DNA from: a bacterium
Lineage (GTDB): Bacteria; Zhuqueibacterota; Zhuqueibacteria; Residuimicrobiales; Krinioviventaceae
Reading direction: 5' to 3'
DNA: 64,000 bases
Assembly: GCA_963675755.2 (NCBI GenBank)
Contig: CAXXMD010000002.1
Location: 1,376,001 to 1,440,000, forward strand
The notes beneath the pieces were generated by a model. That model saw nothing but the letters and a program-made list of their open reading frames with translations, searched no databases and had not been told where the DNA came from. The position numbers and the translations under genes were made by a program. Numbering within the stretch: the stretch's first letter is position 1; every line of letters starts with the position of its first letter. Below, piece after piece: positions 1 through 10,105 of this stretch.

Positions 1-609
1 AGTTGGACAAGGCGTCATAACTTCTACAACAGAAAAACCTTTTGTATCAATAGCTTTTGATATATACTTTTCAACCTGAACCGGATTTGCCACAGTTGTT
101 CTTGCTACAAATGAAGCACCGGCAGCTTTTGCCAAACCACTAATATTAAAATTATTCTCCGTATTGCCCAATGGTGCAGTACTCGCTTTACGGCCTGCAG
201 GTGTTGTAGGCGAAACTTGACCACCAGTCATTCCATAAATCTGGTTATTGAACAAAACTACAGTCAAATCTATATTTCTGCGTGCCGCATGGATGTAATG
301 ATTTCCACCAATTGAGGTTGCATCACCATCACCGGTAACAACGATCACATGTAAATTCGGTTTTGCCAGTTTAATACCAGTGGCAAAGGTCAATGCACGG
401 CCATGGGTTGTGTGCAGGGTATTAAAATCTACATAACCGGTTAAACGGCTTGAACAGCCAATACCGGAGACCATAACAACTTCATCTTTGTCAAAACCAC
501 TTTTATGGACCGCCCGTATCAATGATTTGAGTACAATACCGTCACCACACCCGGGACACCAGATCAACGGTAATTTAGATGAACGTAAATAATAATCATA
601 ATCAAACAC
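1..609 (-). CDS. korB: 2-oxoacid:ferredoxin oxidoreductase beta (TPP-binding) subunit, truncated by window edge
   Basis: Manual translation from GTG at 609 gives MFDYDYYLRSSKLPLIWCPGCGDG...SGIGCS...HTTHGRA...GDGD...HYIHAARRN, the typical beta-subunit motifs. Overlaps the alpha-subunit stop. Confidence 0.9.
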   Translation of the reverse strand, partial: MFDYDYYLRSSKLPLIWCPGCGDGIVLKSLIRAVHKSGFDKDEVVMVSGIGCSSRLTGYVDFNTLHTTHGRALTFATGIKLAKPNLHVIVVTGDGDATSIGGNHYIHAARRNIDLTVVLFNNQIYGMTGGQVSPTTPAGRKASTAPLGNTENNFNISGLAKAAGASFVARTTVANPVQVEKYISKAIDTKGFSVVEVMTPCPT

Positions 610-1735
610 GGCTTTTTTCCTTAATAAATTCAAGTATTTCGTAGGGATTAATAGGTTCACCATTGTATTTATTAAATGGAGAAACCGGTACCTTACCTCT
701 AACAGCCCACTCTACTTCATGAAAGATCTGTCCCATATTCAACTCGGGAACAATCCACTGATTCACTTTATCGGTAAACTCTTGAATAACCTCATGTGCA
801 AAAGGCCATAATGTTTTGAGACGAAGCATGCCTACCTTTATTCCTTCTTCACGCGCCATTTGCAAAGCCTGACGAGCTGAACGAGAAGCCGATCCATATG
901 CTAAAATACCAATTTCAGCATCTTCCATATCTATCAATTCATAACTAATTATTTCATCTTTACGTTTGGCAATCTTGCGGTCCAACCTGTCCATCAAGGC
1001 TTTTATCTTGGCGGTATCATTTGTAGGAAATCCGGTTTCATCATGCGCAAGGCCCGTAACATGATACCTGTATCCTGATCCAAAATCAGCCATAGGTGGT
1101 ACATCAGAATCCGTCATCTGGTACGGTAAATAATCATCGTGACCACCTGTAGGACGAACTCGGTCAATAATTTCTACATTTTTCAGATCAGGAATAGTTA
1201 CTTTTTCATTCACATGCCCAATAATTTCGTCCAGCAAAAGAACAACCGGAGTACGAAATTTTTCAGCCAGGTTAAAGGCGCGTATGGTTTCATCATAGAT
1301 CTCGCGCACACTATTGGGCGCAAGAGCAATAATTTGGTGATCGCCATGAGTGCCCCATCTTGCCTGCATAACATCACCCTGAGACGGTAACGTCGGTAAA
1401 CCTGTACTGGGACCGCCACGCATAACGTTGACAATAACACATGGAATTTCAGACATAACTGCATATCCCAAATTTTCCTGCATTAGAGAAAAACCGGGAC
1501 CACTTGTAGCAGTCATTGTTTTAGCCCCCGTAAGTGAAGCGCCTATAATTGAACCAATAGAAGCAATTTCATCTTCCATTTGCACAAATACGCCATTGTG
1601 TTTTGGCAACTCAACTGCAAGCACTTCGGCTATTTCTGATGAAGGGGTAATTGGGTATCCTCCAAAAAAACTTAAACCTGCTGCAAGTGCCGCTTCCGCA
1701 CATGCTTCATTACCTGAAATAATTTTCGTTTCCAT
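602..1735 (-). CDS. korA: 2-oxoacid:ferredoxin oxidoreductase alpha subunit
   Basis: GNEACA, GYPITPSSE, QMEDE, TATSGPG and RGGPSTGLPT motifs. The substrate (2-oxoglutarate or another 2-oxoacid) cannot be determined from sequence. Confidence 0.92.
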   Translation of the reverse strand: METKIISGNEACAEAALAAGLSFFGGYPITPSSEIAEVLAVELPKHNGVFVQMEDEIASIGSIIGASLTGAKTMTATSGPGFSLMQENLGYAVMSEIPCVIVNVMRGGPSTGLPTLPSQGDVMQARWGTHGDHQIIALAPNSVREIYDETIRAFNLAEKFRTPVVLLLDEIIGHVNEKVTIPDLKNVEIIDRVRPTGGHDDYLPYQMTDSDVPPMADFGSGYRYHVTGLAHDETGFPTNDTAKIKALMDRLDRKIAKRKDEIISYELIDMEDAEIGILAYGSASRSARQALQMAREEGIKVGMLRLKTLWPFAHEVIQEFTDKVNQWIVPELNMGQIFHEVEWAVRGKVPVSPFNKYNGEPINPYEILEFIKEKSRV

Positions 1736-1959
1736 TATTCTTTACCCTCCCCAGCTTCCGGATCAGCTGTTACCTCAATAGCAAAATCCGGACAATACAA
1801 TTCACACAAGCCACATGCTGTACATGCGCTCAGATTTTTGACATGCGCAATTCCATCCCGCATTTCCAAAACATCATGCGGACAAAATTCTACACAAATC
1901 TCACATCCCTTACACCAGGATGGTTTGACCTTGACGTCAATATTTTTGTATTTAGCCAT
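1735..1959 (-). CDS. korD: 2x[4Fe-4S] ferredoxin, oxidoreductase delta subunit
   Basis: CKGCEICVEFCP and CTACGLCELYCP motifs. Start placed at ATG 1959 (MAKYK), overlapping the arcC stop. Confidence 0.88.
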   Translation of the reverse strand: MAKYKNIDVKVKPSWCKGCEICVEFCPHDVLEMRDGIAHVKNLSACTACGLCELYCPDFAIEVTADPEAGEGKE

Positions 1960-2932
1960 GATGACTTTCCATTTGATTATGAGCAATCACAGTGCCTGTT
2001 TTCCCTTCTAACGCGTCTGCCAGTCCTTCTACTGAACAAATACAGACTTTATGACCTCCATTCTCTAAAAACTGAATTGCGGCCTTAATTTTGGGTCCCA
2101 TGCTTCCCATGGGAAACTGTCCTTCTTTAAGATAATGTTGGGCTGTATCAATATCAAGATAATCGAGGAATTTTTGACCTGCCTGCCTATAATTTACGGC
2201 GACTTTTTCCACTGCGGTGAGTATATAAAGCTCTGTTGCACCAATATCATGGGCCAATACTGCAGAAGCCAGGTCTTTATCTATTACAGCATCCACACCT
2301 TCCAAAGAGCCGTTCTTTTCACGATAAACCGGAATACCACCACCACCAGCAGCAATGACAAGCACACCCTGGTGAACAAGCTGCCTGATTATTTCCGCTT
2401 CTACAATTGCCAGAGGATGCGGGGATGGTACAACCCGGCGATACCCTCTGCCGGAATCTTCTTTTAAAGTATAACCACGTTCTTCCTGAAGAGATTCCAC
2501 TTGATTCTCTTTATAAAAAGGACCAACAAACTTGACCGGGTCATGAATTGAAGGATCATCCTTTGAAACAAGCACCTGGGTCAATATTGTAGCCACTTTA
2601 CGATCAATATTTCGATCCAAAAGTTTGTTTTGCAGGGTCTGTTCAATCATGTAACCCATACCACCTTCAAGATCAGCAACAATCACACCAAGCGGTACTG
2701 GCGGCACCATGTGACGTGCCGCCTCTACCCGTATTAATGCATTGCCAACCTGAGGGCCATTACCATGTGTTATAGCCAACTTATATCCGCGTTCAACCAG
2801 CTCAACCACTCCAAACAATGCTTTACGCGTATTGGCAAACTGTTGGTAAATATTACCCTCTTCAAACTCGCGGGTAATCGCATTGCCGCCCAAAGCAACA
2901 ACAGCAATGCGATCTTTATCCGGCTTTTCCAT
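1952..2932 (-). CDS. arcC: carbamate kinase
   Basis: VALGGNA, THGNGPQVG, GYRRVVPSP, DAVIDKD and GSMGPK motifs. Confidence 0.95.
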   Translation of the reverse strand: MEKPDKDRIAVVALGGNAITREFEEGNIYQQFANTRKALFGVVELVERGYKLAITHGNGPQVGNALIRVEAARHMVPPVPLGVIVADLEGGMGYMIEQTLQNKLLDRNIDRKVATILTQVLVSKDDPSIHDPVKFVGPFYKENQVESLQEERGYTLKEDSGRGYRRVVPSPHPLAIVEAEIIRQLVHQGVLVIAAGGGGIPVYREKNGSLEGVDAVIDKDLASAVLAHDIGATELYILTAVEKVAVNYRQAGQKFLDYLDIDTAQHYLKEGQFPMGSMGPKIKAAIQFLENGGHKVCICSVEGLADALEGKTGTVIAHNQMESHHG

Positions 2933-2934
2933 TT

Positions 2935-4245
2935 CTAAATATTCTTTAATGCGTCATGCAGGGTTAATGCACCAATTTCCTGTAAATCATAATAAACCCG
3001 TACAGACGGCTTTTTAATATTAATCACACGATTCAGATCAATTGGAGTTCCAATAATTACCGTGTCACAATCTGTTGCGTTAATTGTAGCTTCAAGGTCA
3101 CGTAACTGTTCTTCACCGTAACCCATTGCAGGCAGCAGTTGCCCAATTCCGGGATAAATATCAAAAGTTTCCTGCAATCTACCTTTGAGATACGGACGTG
3201 GATCAACCAAACGCTCAGCACCCCAGCGCTCGGCAGCCACTACACCCGCGCCATAGGTCATCTCTCCATGTGTCAATGTGGGGCCGTCTTCAACAACAAG
3301 AACCCGCTTGCCACGAATTAATTCAGGATCATCAACACGAATGGGTGATGCAGCATCAATAATCTGCGCTTTAGGATTAAATGTACGAACATTATCACGT
3401 ACATCTTCAATATCTTCAAATTCTGCTTCAACAACTTTGTTTATGATAACATAATCTGCCATTCTGAGATTGGTTTCACCAGGATGATAAGAAATTTCGT
3501 GACCTGATCTTAATGGATCCGCAACCACAATATGTACATCGGGTTTATAAAATGGCGTATCATTATTGCCGCCATCCCACAAGATCACATCTGCTTCTTT
3601 TTCAGCTTCAGCAAGGATGGCACCATAATCTACACCCGCATATATAACAGAACCACTGGCAATATGGGGTTCATATTCTTCCATTTCTTCAATGGTACAA
3701 TTGTGTTTTTTCAAATCATCCAGCGTTGCAAACCGTTGTACTTTTTGTGCGGCTAAATCTCCATACGGCATGGGATGACGAATAGCTACAACCTTTTTGC
3801 CTTTTGCTTTAAGAATTTCTGCTACTCTGCGTGTTGTTTGACTTTTACCGCAACCTGTCCGAACTGCGCAAATTGAAACCACCGGTACTTTGGATTCAAG
3901 CATGGTGTATTTGGGGCCCAGTAAATTAAAGCTGGCGCCCAGCGCATTGACTTCTGACGCTTTGTTCATTACATACTCGTGCGGAACATCGCTGTATGAA
4001 AAGAACACTTCGTCAATGTCATGATCACGGACCAATTTAGCCAGGTCTTCTTCGGGATGGATAGGAATACCATTGGGGTACAAGGGACCTGCCAGCTCCG
4101 CGGGGTATTTCCTCCCCTCAATATCCGGAATCTGGGTAGCTGTAAAAGCTACTACCTCGTACTCTTGGTGTTCGCGAAAGTAAGTGTTAAAGTTGTGAAA
4201 ATCGCGTCCTGCTGCTCCCATGATCAATGCTTTACGCTTTGCCAT
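2935..4245 (-). CDS. COG2403 P-loop ATPase (cyclic 2,3-diphosphoglycerate synthetase-like); probable arginine synthetase ArcE homolog
   Basis: GAAGRDFHNFN N-terminus, AVRTGCGKS P-loop, RHPMPYG, WDGGNND and EDGPTLTHG motifs. Lies directly upstream of arcC. Confidence 0.75.
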   Translation of the reverse strand: MAKRKALIMGAAGRDFHNFNTYFREHQEYEVVAFTATQIPDIEGRKYPAELAGPLYPNGIPIHPEEDLAKLVRDHDIDEVFFSYSDVPHEYVMNKASEVNALGASFNLLGPKYTMLESKVPVVSICAVRTGCGKSQTTRRVAEILKAKGKKVVAIRHPMPYGDLAAQKVQRFATLDDLKKHNCTIEEMEEYEPHIASGSVIYAGVDYGAILAEAEKEADVILWDGGNNDTPFYKPDVHIVVADPLRSGHEISYHPGETNLRMADYVIINKVVEAEFEDIEDVRDNVRTFNPKAQIIDAASPIRVDDPELIRGKRVLVVEDGPTLTHGEMTYGAGVVAAERWGAERLVDPRPYLKGRLQETFDIYPGIGQLLPAMGYGEEQLRDLEATINATDCDTVIIGTPIDLNRVINIKKPSVRVYYDLQEIGALTLHDALKNI

Positions 4246-4270
4246 AACTTACTCCTTTTGGTTTTAGCAT

Positions 4271-4304
4271 AAAAAAAAGGCAGGTGTAGTTTTCACCTGC
4301 CTTT
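4271..4304 (-). terminator. intrinsic terminator after dusB
   Basis: AAAGGCAGGTG/CACCTGCCTTT stem ending in an 8-U tract on the minus strand. Confidence 0.75.
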
Positions 4305-4309
4305 GGTAA

Positions 4310-5254
4310 TTAGAAAAAATCTCTAGAATGTAAAAAACCGCTCAATGTCTCGTGGACATCTTTATAGTTTTTTTGAGTAAATATCCTTTTTCGAATATCT
4401 GCGGCTTTTGGCAAGCCTTTCAGATATGTGGCTATGTGTTTTCGCATAATCAATACGGCCCGATCAGCACCGTACAATTCTTTTGCATATTCCATATGTT
4501 TTAGACATCCCGCAACTTTGTCCTCTGGAGAAGGCATTACGGGTTCTTTATTCTCATGAACCAGCATTTTAATCTGCTGAAATATCCAGGGATTCCCTCT
4601 GGCCGCACGACCGATCATAATACCATCACAACCGGTTTCATCGTACATACGTTTGGCATCAAAAGCTGTTTTTATATCACCATTCCCGATCACCGGAATA
4701 GAAACAGCCCGCTTAACCTGGCGAATGATGTCCCAATCAGATTTACCCTTGAACATCATTTTCTGAGTTCGGGGATGAACCGCAATCATGGCTATACCAG
4801 CATCTTCAAGTATTTTACAAGCATCCAACGCTACATTGCTGTCCCAACCACTGCGAATTTTAGCAGTGACCGGTATATCAGTAACCTGGGTAGCAGATTG
4901 AGCAATGGATTTCATCAACTCGAGATCACGCATAATTGCTGATCCGGCACCACGTTTTACAATTTTTCTTGCCGGACACCCGAAATTAATATCAATGAAC
5001 GTTGGCTTGTAACCGGCAATTATCTCTACAGCTTTTGCCAGTGTATCTGCCTCGGCCCCAAATACTTGTATACCTACCGGTCGTTCAAATTCTTTAAATA
5101 CAGCAAGCTCCAAAGTCTTTTCCTGATATCGGATAATACCATCAGCACTTGCCATTTCCGTATACACAATATCAGCGCCATTCTCTTTACAGAGGCGCCT
5201 GAGGGCCAAGTCCGACCATCCTGCTAATGGTGCCAAAGCGGATGGTTTGATCAT
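4310..5254 (-). CDS. dusB: tRNA-dihydrouridine synthase B
   Basis: LAPLAG, YTEM, DINFGCP, KIRSGW, HPRT, NGDI and GRAARGNPWIF motifs. Start moved to ATG 5254 (ORF track begins at 5314). Confidence 0.9.
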   Translation of the reverse strand: MIKPSALAPLAGWSDLALRRLCKENGADIVYTEMASADGIIRYQEKTLELAVFKEFERPVGIQVFGAEADTLAKAVEIIAGYKPTFIDINFGCPARKIVKRGAGSAIMRDLELMKSIAQSATQVTDIPVTAKIRSGWDSNVALDACKILEDAGIAMIAVHPRTQKMMFKGKSDWDIIRQVKRAVSIPVIGNGDIKTAFDAKRMYDETGCDGIMIGRAARGNPWIFQQIKMLVHENKEPVMPSPEDKVAGCLKHMEYAKELYGADRAVLIMRKHIATYLKGLPKAADIRKRIFTQKNYKDVHETLSGFLHSRDFF

Positions 5255-5340
5255 ATTCAAATCTTTAAATAACACGCGCCGAATATACAGCTTTAAACCC
5301 CAAAAGGCAAGCATAAATTATCCGGCGCATTAAAAAAACT

Positions 5341-8300
5341 CTATTTTGCGAACAACATCTTGAATGTTTTTTGAAAATCACCGGCCTGCATCTTGACAAA
5401 ATAAATTCCGGATGCTGCCAGTGTACCACTATTCGATGTGCCATCCCATACCAAACGATGTGAACCCGCTGATTGTTCAGAGTTGCACAATTCTTTAACC
5501 AGCTCTCCTCGGGTATTGAATATAGTCAATCTTACATTACTTGCACGTGGTACATCATATTCAATGGTTGTATGCGCGTTAAATGGATTGGGATAATTCT
5601 GTCGTAACGCAAATTTTTTAGGAACCGCTGCCCCATCTACTTCAACGGAAACAGGTCCAAATGAGGACATGGTACCATCAGTATCAATTTGTTCAACTTT
5701 GTAAAAAACCGTTCCGGCTTCTTGAATACTATTATCAACATACTCGTAATTGTGTTCCTGAGTAGATGTTCCGGCACCCGCAATCAATGCTGAATTGATT
5801 TTTGTCCAGGGACCTTCTGCAGTTACAGCACGCATAATATTGAAACCCAAATTGCGGATTTCGGATTTGGTTTGCCATTTCAATACCGCACCAGTCTCTT
5901 CAGTATAGCTCACGGACAATGAAGACAGAGTAACAGGTACAATAGAACCCGCTCCGGCAGTAACAACAGGCCTGATAACAAAATCATGGGTAGAAATTCC
6001 ACTCAACCACCCGGAACTGGTAAAAATACAAGACCTGTAATCCGGTGTACCATTATCATATTCACTCAAAATAGGTAAAGCATCTAATGAATTTGGCAAA
6101 GAAACAACAATATGATAATCTTGTCCGGCTTCAACCAAAGCATGGGCATCAAGTAGATTGAAATAATGCATTGTATATTGCGAAACCTGGTCAGAAGAAA
6201 TAGAAACCGTATTGGTACCTGACAATTTACTGCCAGGTTTGTTGGCAGAATTGGTCCAAATTTCAAAATCCAGTGTTCCGGTTAACGGATGGGGATCGGT
6301 ATTTGATTGTAAAATATAAGTTTGGATATAACATCCGGTAACCTGACCTGAAATTGAGGGAGTAAACCGAATAGAGGCTTTGGGATATTCATTTTCCCCG
6401 TATCCCAAATTTATTGCTCCATTATAGGGTGCATCTTGATCATAAACCAGCACTTCAGATTGAGCAGATGAATTTGATAGAGCTTCACCCATGGCTTCAA
6501 AAACATTCAATTTACCATAACCCCATACCGGGTCCCAGACTGTTGAACCGGTATAATCATCCAGGTCCGCATTGTTGGTAAGCAAAGACAGTAACTGACT
6601 ATAGTCCAGATTCGGATTTTGTTCAAATAAAAGCGCAACAGCACCGGCAACAACGGGGCATGCCATACTGGTTCCCTGCATTAATACATGTTTTTGACCG
6701 GGTACAATTCTGCTTGTTGAAGGAGAACTCCATTGTGACATTGCAGAGGCAATTTTATCACCGGGAGCCGCAATATCGGGTTTTTCACGATTATCTCTGG
6801 TGGGGCCAACACTACTAAAATCAGATATCTCGCCTAAATAATAGGCTCCACCATTATATCCTTCATTTAAATACGTATACCAATACCAGCGGTGTGTGTA
6901 TGAAGCTACCGAAATCACTTCTGCTGCGGTGGCAGTATTGGTATATTCTGAATCAGAACCGGTTAAACTGACAGAAGCAGATTCAGCTCCAATAACAGCA
7001 TCAGCAAACCACATGTGGTAGCCAAGGTCAATACCGTAAGAACTGGTTAATGTAAGTGTCCATGTTCCGGCCGCAGGTGTAACAGTTGAAACGCCATCAT
7101 AAATTATCGATATAACATAACGATCATTATTATTGGCATCCATATAATTCGCCATATAAACAGAACCATCAGATCGGTCTACATCACGGTCATCTCCGGT
7201 TGAAGTTGTTACCAGATCACCATTAGGTGACTGCAACTGTGCGGTAATTACTGCATTATCATCAAACCAAACTTCAAACCACAGATCATCATTATCACTG
7301 CCGCTTTCTGGTGTGTAAGAGGGAATGGTGAATGTAATGGTTGTTGAACTGTTTGCAGGAACAGTACCGGATTTATGGATAAGATCGTTACCCTCGTTAC
7401 CCGCAGATTTTACAACAGCCCTACCCGCATCTACAAAAGAATTAATCGCCTGGCTGCCTGAACTTGTACCATCATGCGGACCACTTTGTGATCCCGCACT
7501 GTAATTCACAACAACGGGTTTGCCGAGTGACGCAGCTTTTTCTCTACAATAAGTCAAACCGTCAATAAAGTCCGCAGTTGAAAAACCTCCATCGCCACCC
7601 TTAACAACGATGATATCCGCTTTTGGTGCCATACCTGCATAATTCATGGTAGCTATAGAAGAACCATTACCTGCCGCAGTACCGGCAACATGGGTACCAT
7701 GGCCGTTAATATCTTGTTCACGAACAAATCCAGTTGTAACACCATTAATCTCATCTTCAATTTGTGCCTGGGTATATTCAACACCAAAATTACAACCAGT
7801 TTCTGATGGTGCAGTTTCACTACCTGTAGCATTTATCGTTTGGTCCCAAATATAAAGAATACGGCTTTTTGTAGGATCATCAGGATCACGAAAATCTTGA
7901 TGTTCGTAATCGATACCTGTATCATAAATACAAACGATAACACCCTCACCCTGATATTCTGTATTATTCAGGAAACCGGAATGCAACATGTCCGCACCAA
8001 TCACCCCCCGGGCAACATCGTTAGTCACTTTGGTATAGCGGTCTGCACTAAGAGATGTAACAGTATTTAATGTTGCCGCAGACAACAATTGATCAATTGT
8101 TGCGTGAACAGTAACAAAATCAGGTAAAACAGAGTTTACCTGAATACCTTTTGCCACCAATTCACCGGGATTTTGAGTATAAATAATTGCTCTTATCTGG
8201 TCACTGTTTTCAATACGGGCATTTTCAAATGACCGTGCAACAGATGTTTTATTTTCAGATTTATCAATCATAACTTTTTTCAACAGTGGTTCAAATTTAT

Positions 8301-8406
8301 CAGTCTGCTCTGAACTCAAGCTGTTGAACAATGGATTTTGTGCTGCATAAAGAAAAATTGGAAGAATAATTAGAATACGCATACATCTTGCAAGAAACTG
8401 AGCCAT
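5341..8406 (-). CDS. secreted S8 (subtilisin-like) serine protease with C-terminal FlgD-Ig/T9SS-type sorting domain
   Basis: Signal peptide; intact triad motifs IYDTG, HGTHVAG and GTSMACP, with a large insertion before the Ser motif; C-terminal QNYPNPFN...SGIYF...KM tail. Confidence 0.88.
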   Translation of the reverse strand: MAQFLARCMRILIILPIFLYAAQNPLFNSLSSEQTDKFEPLLKKVMIDKSENKTSVARSFENARIENSDQIRAIIYTQNPGELVAKGIQVNSVLPDFVTVHATIDQLLSAATLNTVTSLSADRYTKVTNDVARGVIGADMLHSGFLNNTEYQGEGVIVCIYDTGIDYEHQDFRDPDDPTKSRILYIWDQTINATGSETAPSETGCNFGVEYTQAQIEDEINGVTTGFVREQDINGHGTHVAGTAAGNGSSIATMNYAGMAPKADIIVVKGGDGGFSTADFIDGLTYCREKAASLGKPVVVNYSAGSQSGPHDGTSSGSQAINSFVDAGRAVVKSAGNEGNDLIHKSGTVPANSSTTITFTIPSYTPESGSDNDDLWFEVWFDDNAVITAQLQSPNGDLVTTSTGDDRDVDRSDGSVYMANYMDANNNDRYVISIIYDGVSTVTPAAGTWTLTLTSSYGIDLGYHMWFADAVIGAESASVSLTGSDSEYTNTATAAEVISVASYTHRWYWYTYLNEGYNGGAYYLGEISDFSSVGPTRDNREKPDIAAPGDKIASAMSQWSSPSTSRIVPGQKHVLMQGTSMACPVVAGAVALLFEQNPNLDYSQLLSLLTNNADLDDYTGSTVWDPVWGYGKLNVFEAMGEALSNSSAQSEVLVYDQDAPYNGAINLGYGENEYPKASIRFTPSISGQVTGCYIQTYILQSNTDPHPLTGTLDFEIWTNSANKPGSKLSGTNTVSISSDQVSQYTMHYFNLLDAHALVEAGQDYHIVVSLPNSLDALPILSEYDNGTPDYRSCIFTSSGWLSGISTHDFVIRPVVTAGAGSIVPVTLSSLSVSYTEETGAVLKWQTKSEIRNLGFNIMRAVTAEGPWTKINSALIAGAGTSTQEHNYEYVDNSIQEAGTVFYKVEQIDTDGTMSSFGPVSVEVDGAAVPKKFALRQNYPNPFNAHTTIEYDVPRASNVRLTIFNTRGELVKELCNSEQSAGSHRLVWDGTSNSGTLAASGIYFVKMQAGDFQKTFKMLFAK

Positions 8407-8442
8407 CTTTGCCTCCCGAAATCATTAATAATAGTATGAAAT

Positions 8443-8482
8443 AAAAAAGCACATTGGAGAAATATCTTTCTCTCCAATGTGC
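8443..8482 (-). terminator. intrinsic terminator after LamG protein gene
   Basis: 12-bp perfect stem GCACATTGGAGA/TCTCCAATGTGC followed by a U6 tract on the minus strand. Confidence 0.75.
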
Positions 8483-8532
8483 AAAATTCTTAAATCCCCC
8501 AAAATGCTGACAACAATGTGAACCCCTGAATA

Positions 8533-9879
8533 TTATTTTAACAGTGATACTTTGATATATTTTGAATAATCACTTGTTTTCAATTTTATCAGATAAACAC
8601 CACTTGCGGCAGTATTTCCGTTACTTGTTTTACCGTCCCATTTTATTTTATGACGGCCGGCAAACAGGCTGTTATTCAAGAGGGTCTTTATTAAACGGCC
8701 CTGAATATCAAACACCTGCAGCGAAACATTACCATCCTGAGCAATATCAAAAGTAATATTGGTTTCAGGATTAAATGGGTTAGGGTATGCCGGATACAAT
8801 TGGTGGGTTTCAATCACCGATGCCAGAGCAACATCCACAACCTGGCTATATTCTTTATCACCATTTACTGCAACGTTAACAATACAATATTGATATGCAT
8901 TTTCACTATCTACTGTTTCATCAGTATAAGTGTATTGTGTGGTGTGGGATACGGTTCCCTGCCCAATCAATTCAGAATTATATGTATAGCTATCAATAGT
9001 CTGCCATTCAGTACCAACACCCTGACGACGCAGGATCTCAAATCCCAGATTGTCAGTCTCACTTGCAGTAATCCATTGCAATTCTACCGCTTTACCGTCT
9101 TTAACAGGACTAGCTTCAAACAAGGCCATCTCAACAGGCAATGAAAGATCACCATTTACAAACCAGGCAGCACCGCTTATTGATGCATCAGATTGTAAAC
9201 TTTTACTATCAGAAGTGGTCGTTCCAGAACCTTCATTAAACTGATAGTACGCAAGCATATTAGCCCAGTTGGGATGTGACGCAGTAACAGGTACGTTTTT
9301 CCAATTATTTATTGTAGTTTGATCAAGCGCTACATTCCAGATTCTTACTTCGTCAATATCACCAGACAAAGGTTTGACAGTACCTGCAGGTCGTTTACCA
9401 ATTAATAAATTATTGCTGGTTGAAACCAATGTGGTATTAGAAAATGTAGCACTACCTGCCTCAACTCCATTTATATATATATATATACTGGTACCATTAA
9501 AAGTAACCGCAACGTGCCCCCAATTTTCAGGTGAAAGTTCGGTGTCGCTATATACCGTTTCAAGTCCACCAGCTGTATTTGCTACACACTTTATAGCTTG
9601 TAACATACCACTGTATCCAACAAAACTAATATCAACTCCCTCCGAAGTCTCATTACCATCAGAAATTAAAACTCCTGCACCACCACCCAAGAAAAAATTC
9701 TCATCATCTGGGCTTACCCACATCTCGATTGTTAAACCATTTGTAGGGAGGAATGTTGAACCACAGTCAACAAAATCACCATCGGTATTAACAAATCTTA
9801 AAGCCCATCCAGCACCCTGAGCATATAAACCGGATGACCACAATAGTAAAAGGATAAATACAGTAATCCTTGTTTTCAT
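8533..9879 (-). CDS. secreted LamG/concanavalin-like jelly-roll protein with FlgD-Ig/T9SS-type C-terminal domain
   Basis: TIEMWV, WGHVAVTF, YINGVE and GDIDEVRIWN LamG motifs; LPVEM linker; YPNPFNP tail. Start placed at ATG 9879 after GGAGG (ORF track begins at 9921). Confidence 0.8.
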   Translation of the reverse strand: MKTRITVFILLLLWSSGLYAQGAGWALRFVNTDGDFVDCGSTFLPTNGLTIEMWVSPDDENFFLGGGAGVLISDGNETSEGVDISFVGYSGMLQAIKCVANTAGGLETVYSDTELSPENWGHVAVTFNGTSIYIYINGVEAGSATFSNTTLVSTSNNLLIGKRPAGTVKPLSGDIDEVRIWNVALDQTTINNWKNVPVTASHPNWANMLAYYQFNEGSGTTTSDSKSLQSDASISGAAWFVNGDLSLPVEMALFEASPVKDGKAVELQWITASETDNLGFEILRRQGVGTEWQTIDSYTYNSELIGQGTVSHTTQYTYTDETVDSENAYQYCIVNVAVNGDKEYSQVVDVALASVIETHQLYPAYPNPFNPETNITFDIAQDGNVSLQVFDIQGRLIKTLLNNSLFAGRHKIKWDGKTSNGNTAASGVYLIKLKTSDYSKYIKVSLLK

Positions 9880-10046
9880 AACGTCCTCCGAAAAAAAACT
9901 ACAAATTGTATGCATATGCATAAAACCATCAATATATTGAAATTACTGATTTTTATTTCAACAGTCAACAAATAAAATAAATTTGACTTGATCCAAAAGT
10001 CATTATATAAAACATACATAAAAACTTTATCAATTGCAGAGTCTCT

Positions 10047-10089
10047 AAAAACAAAACAAGCACATCCTCGCAAAATACGGATGTGCTTG
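10047..10089 (-). terminator. intrinsic terminator after thiI
   Basis: CAAGCACATCC/GGATGTGCTTG stem followed by a U-rich tract on the minus strand. Confidence 0.65.
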
Positions 10090-10105
10090 ATATTGTGTTA
10101 ACAAT

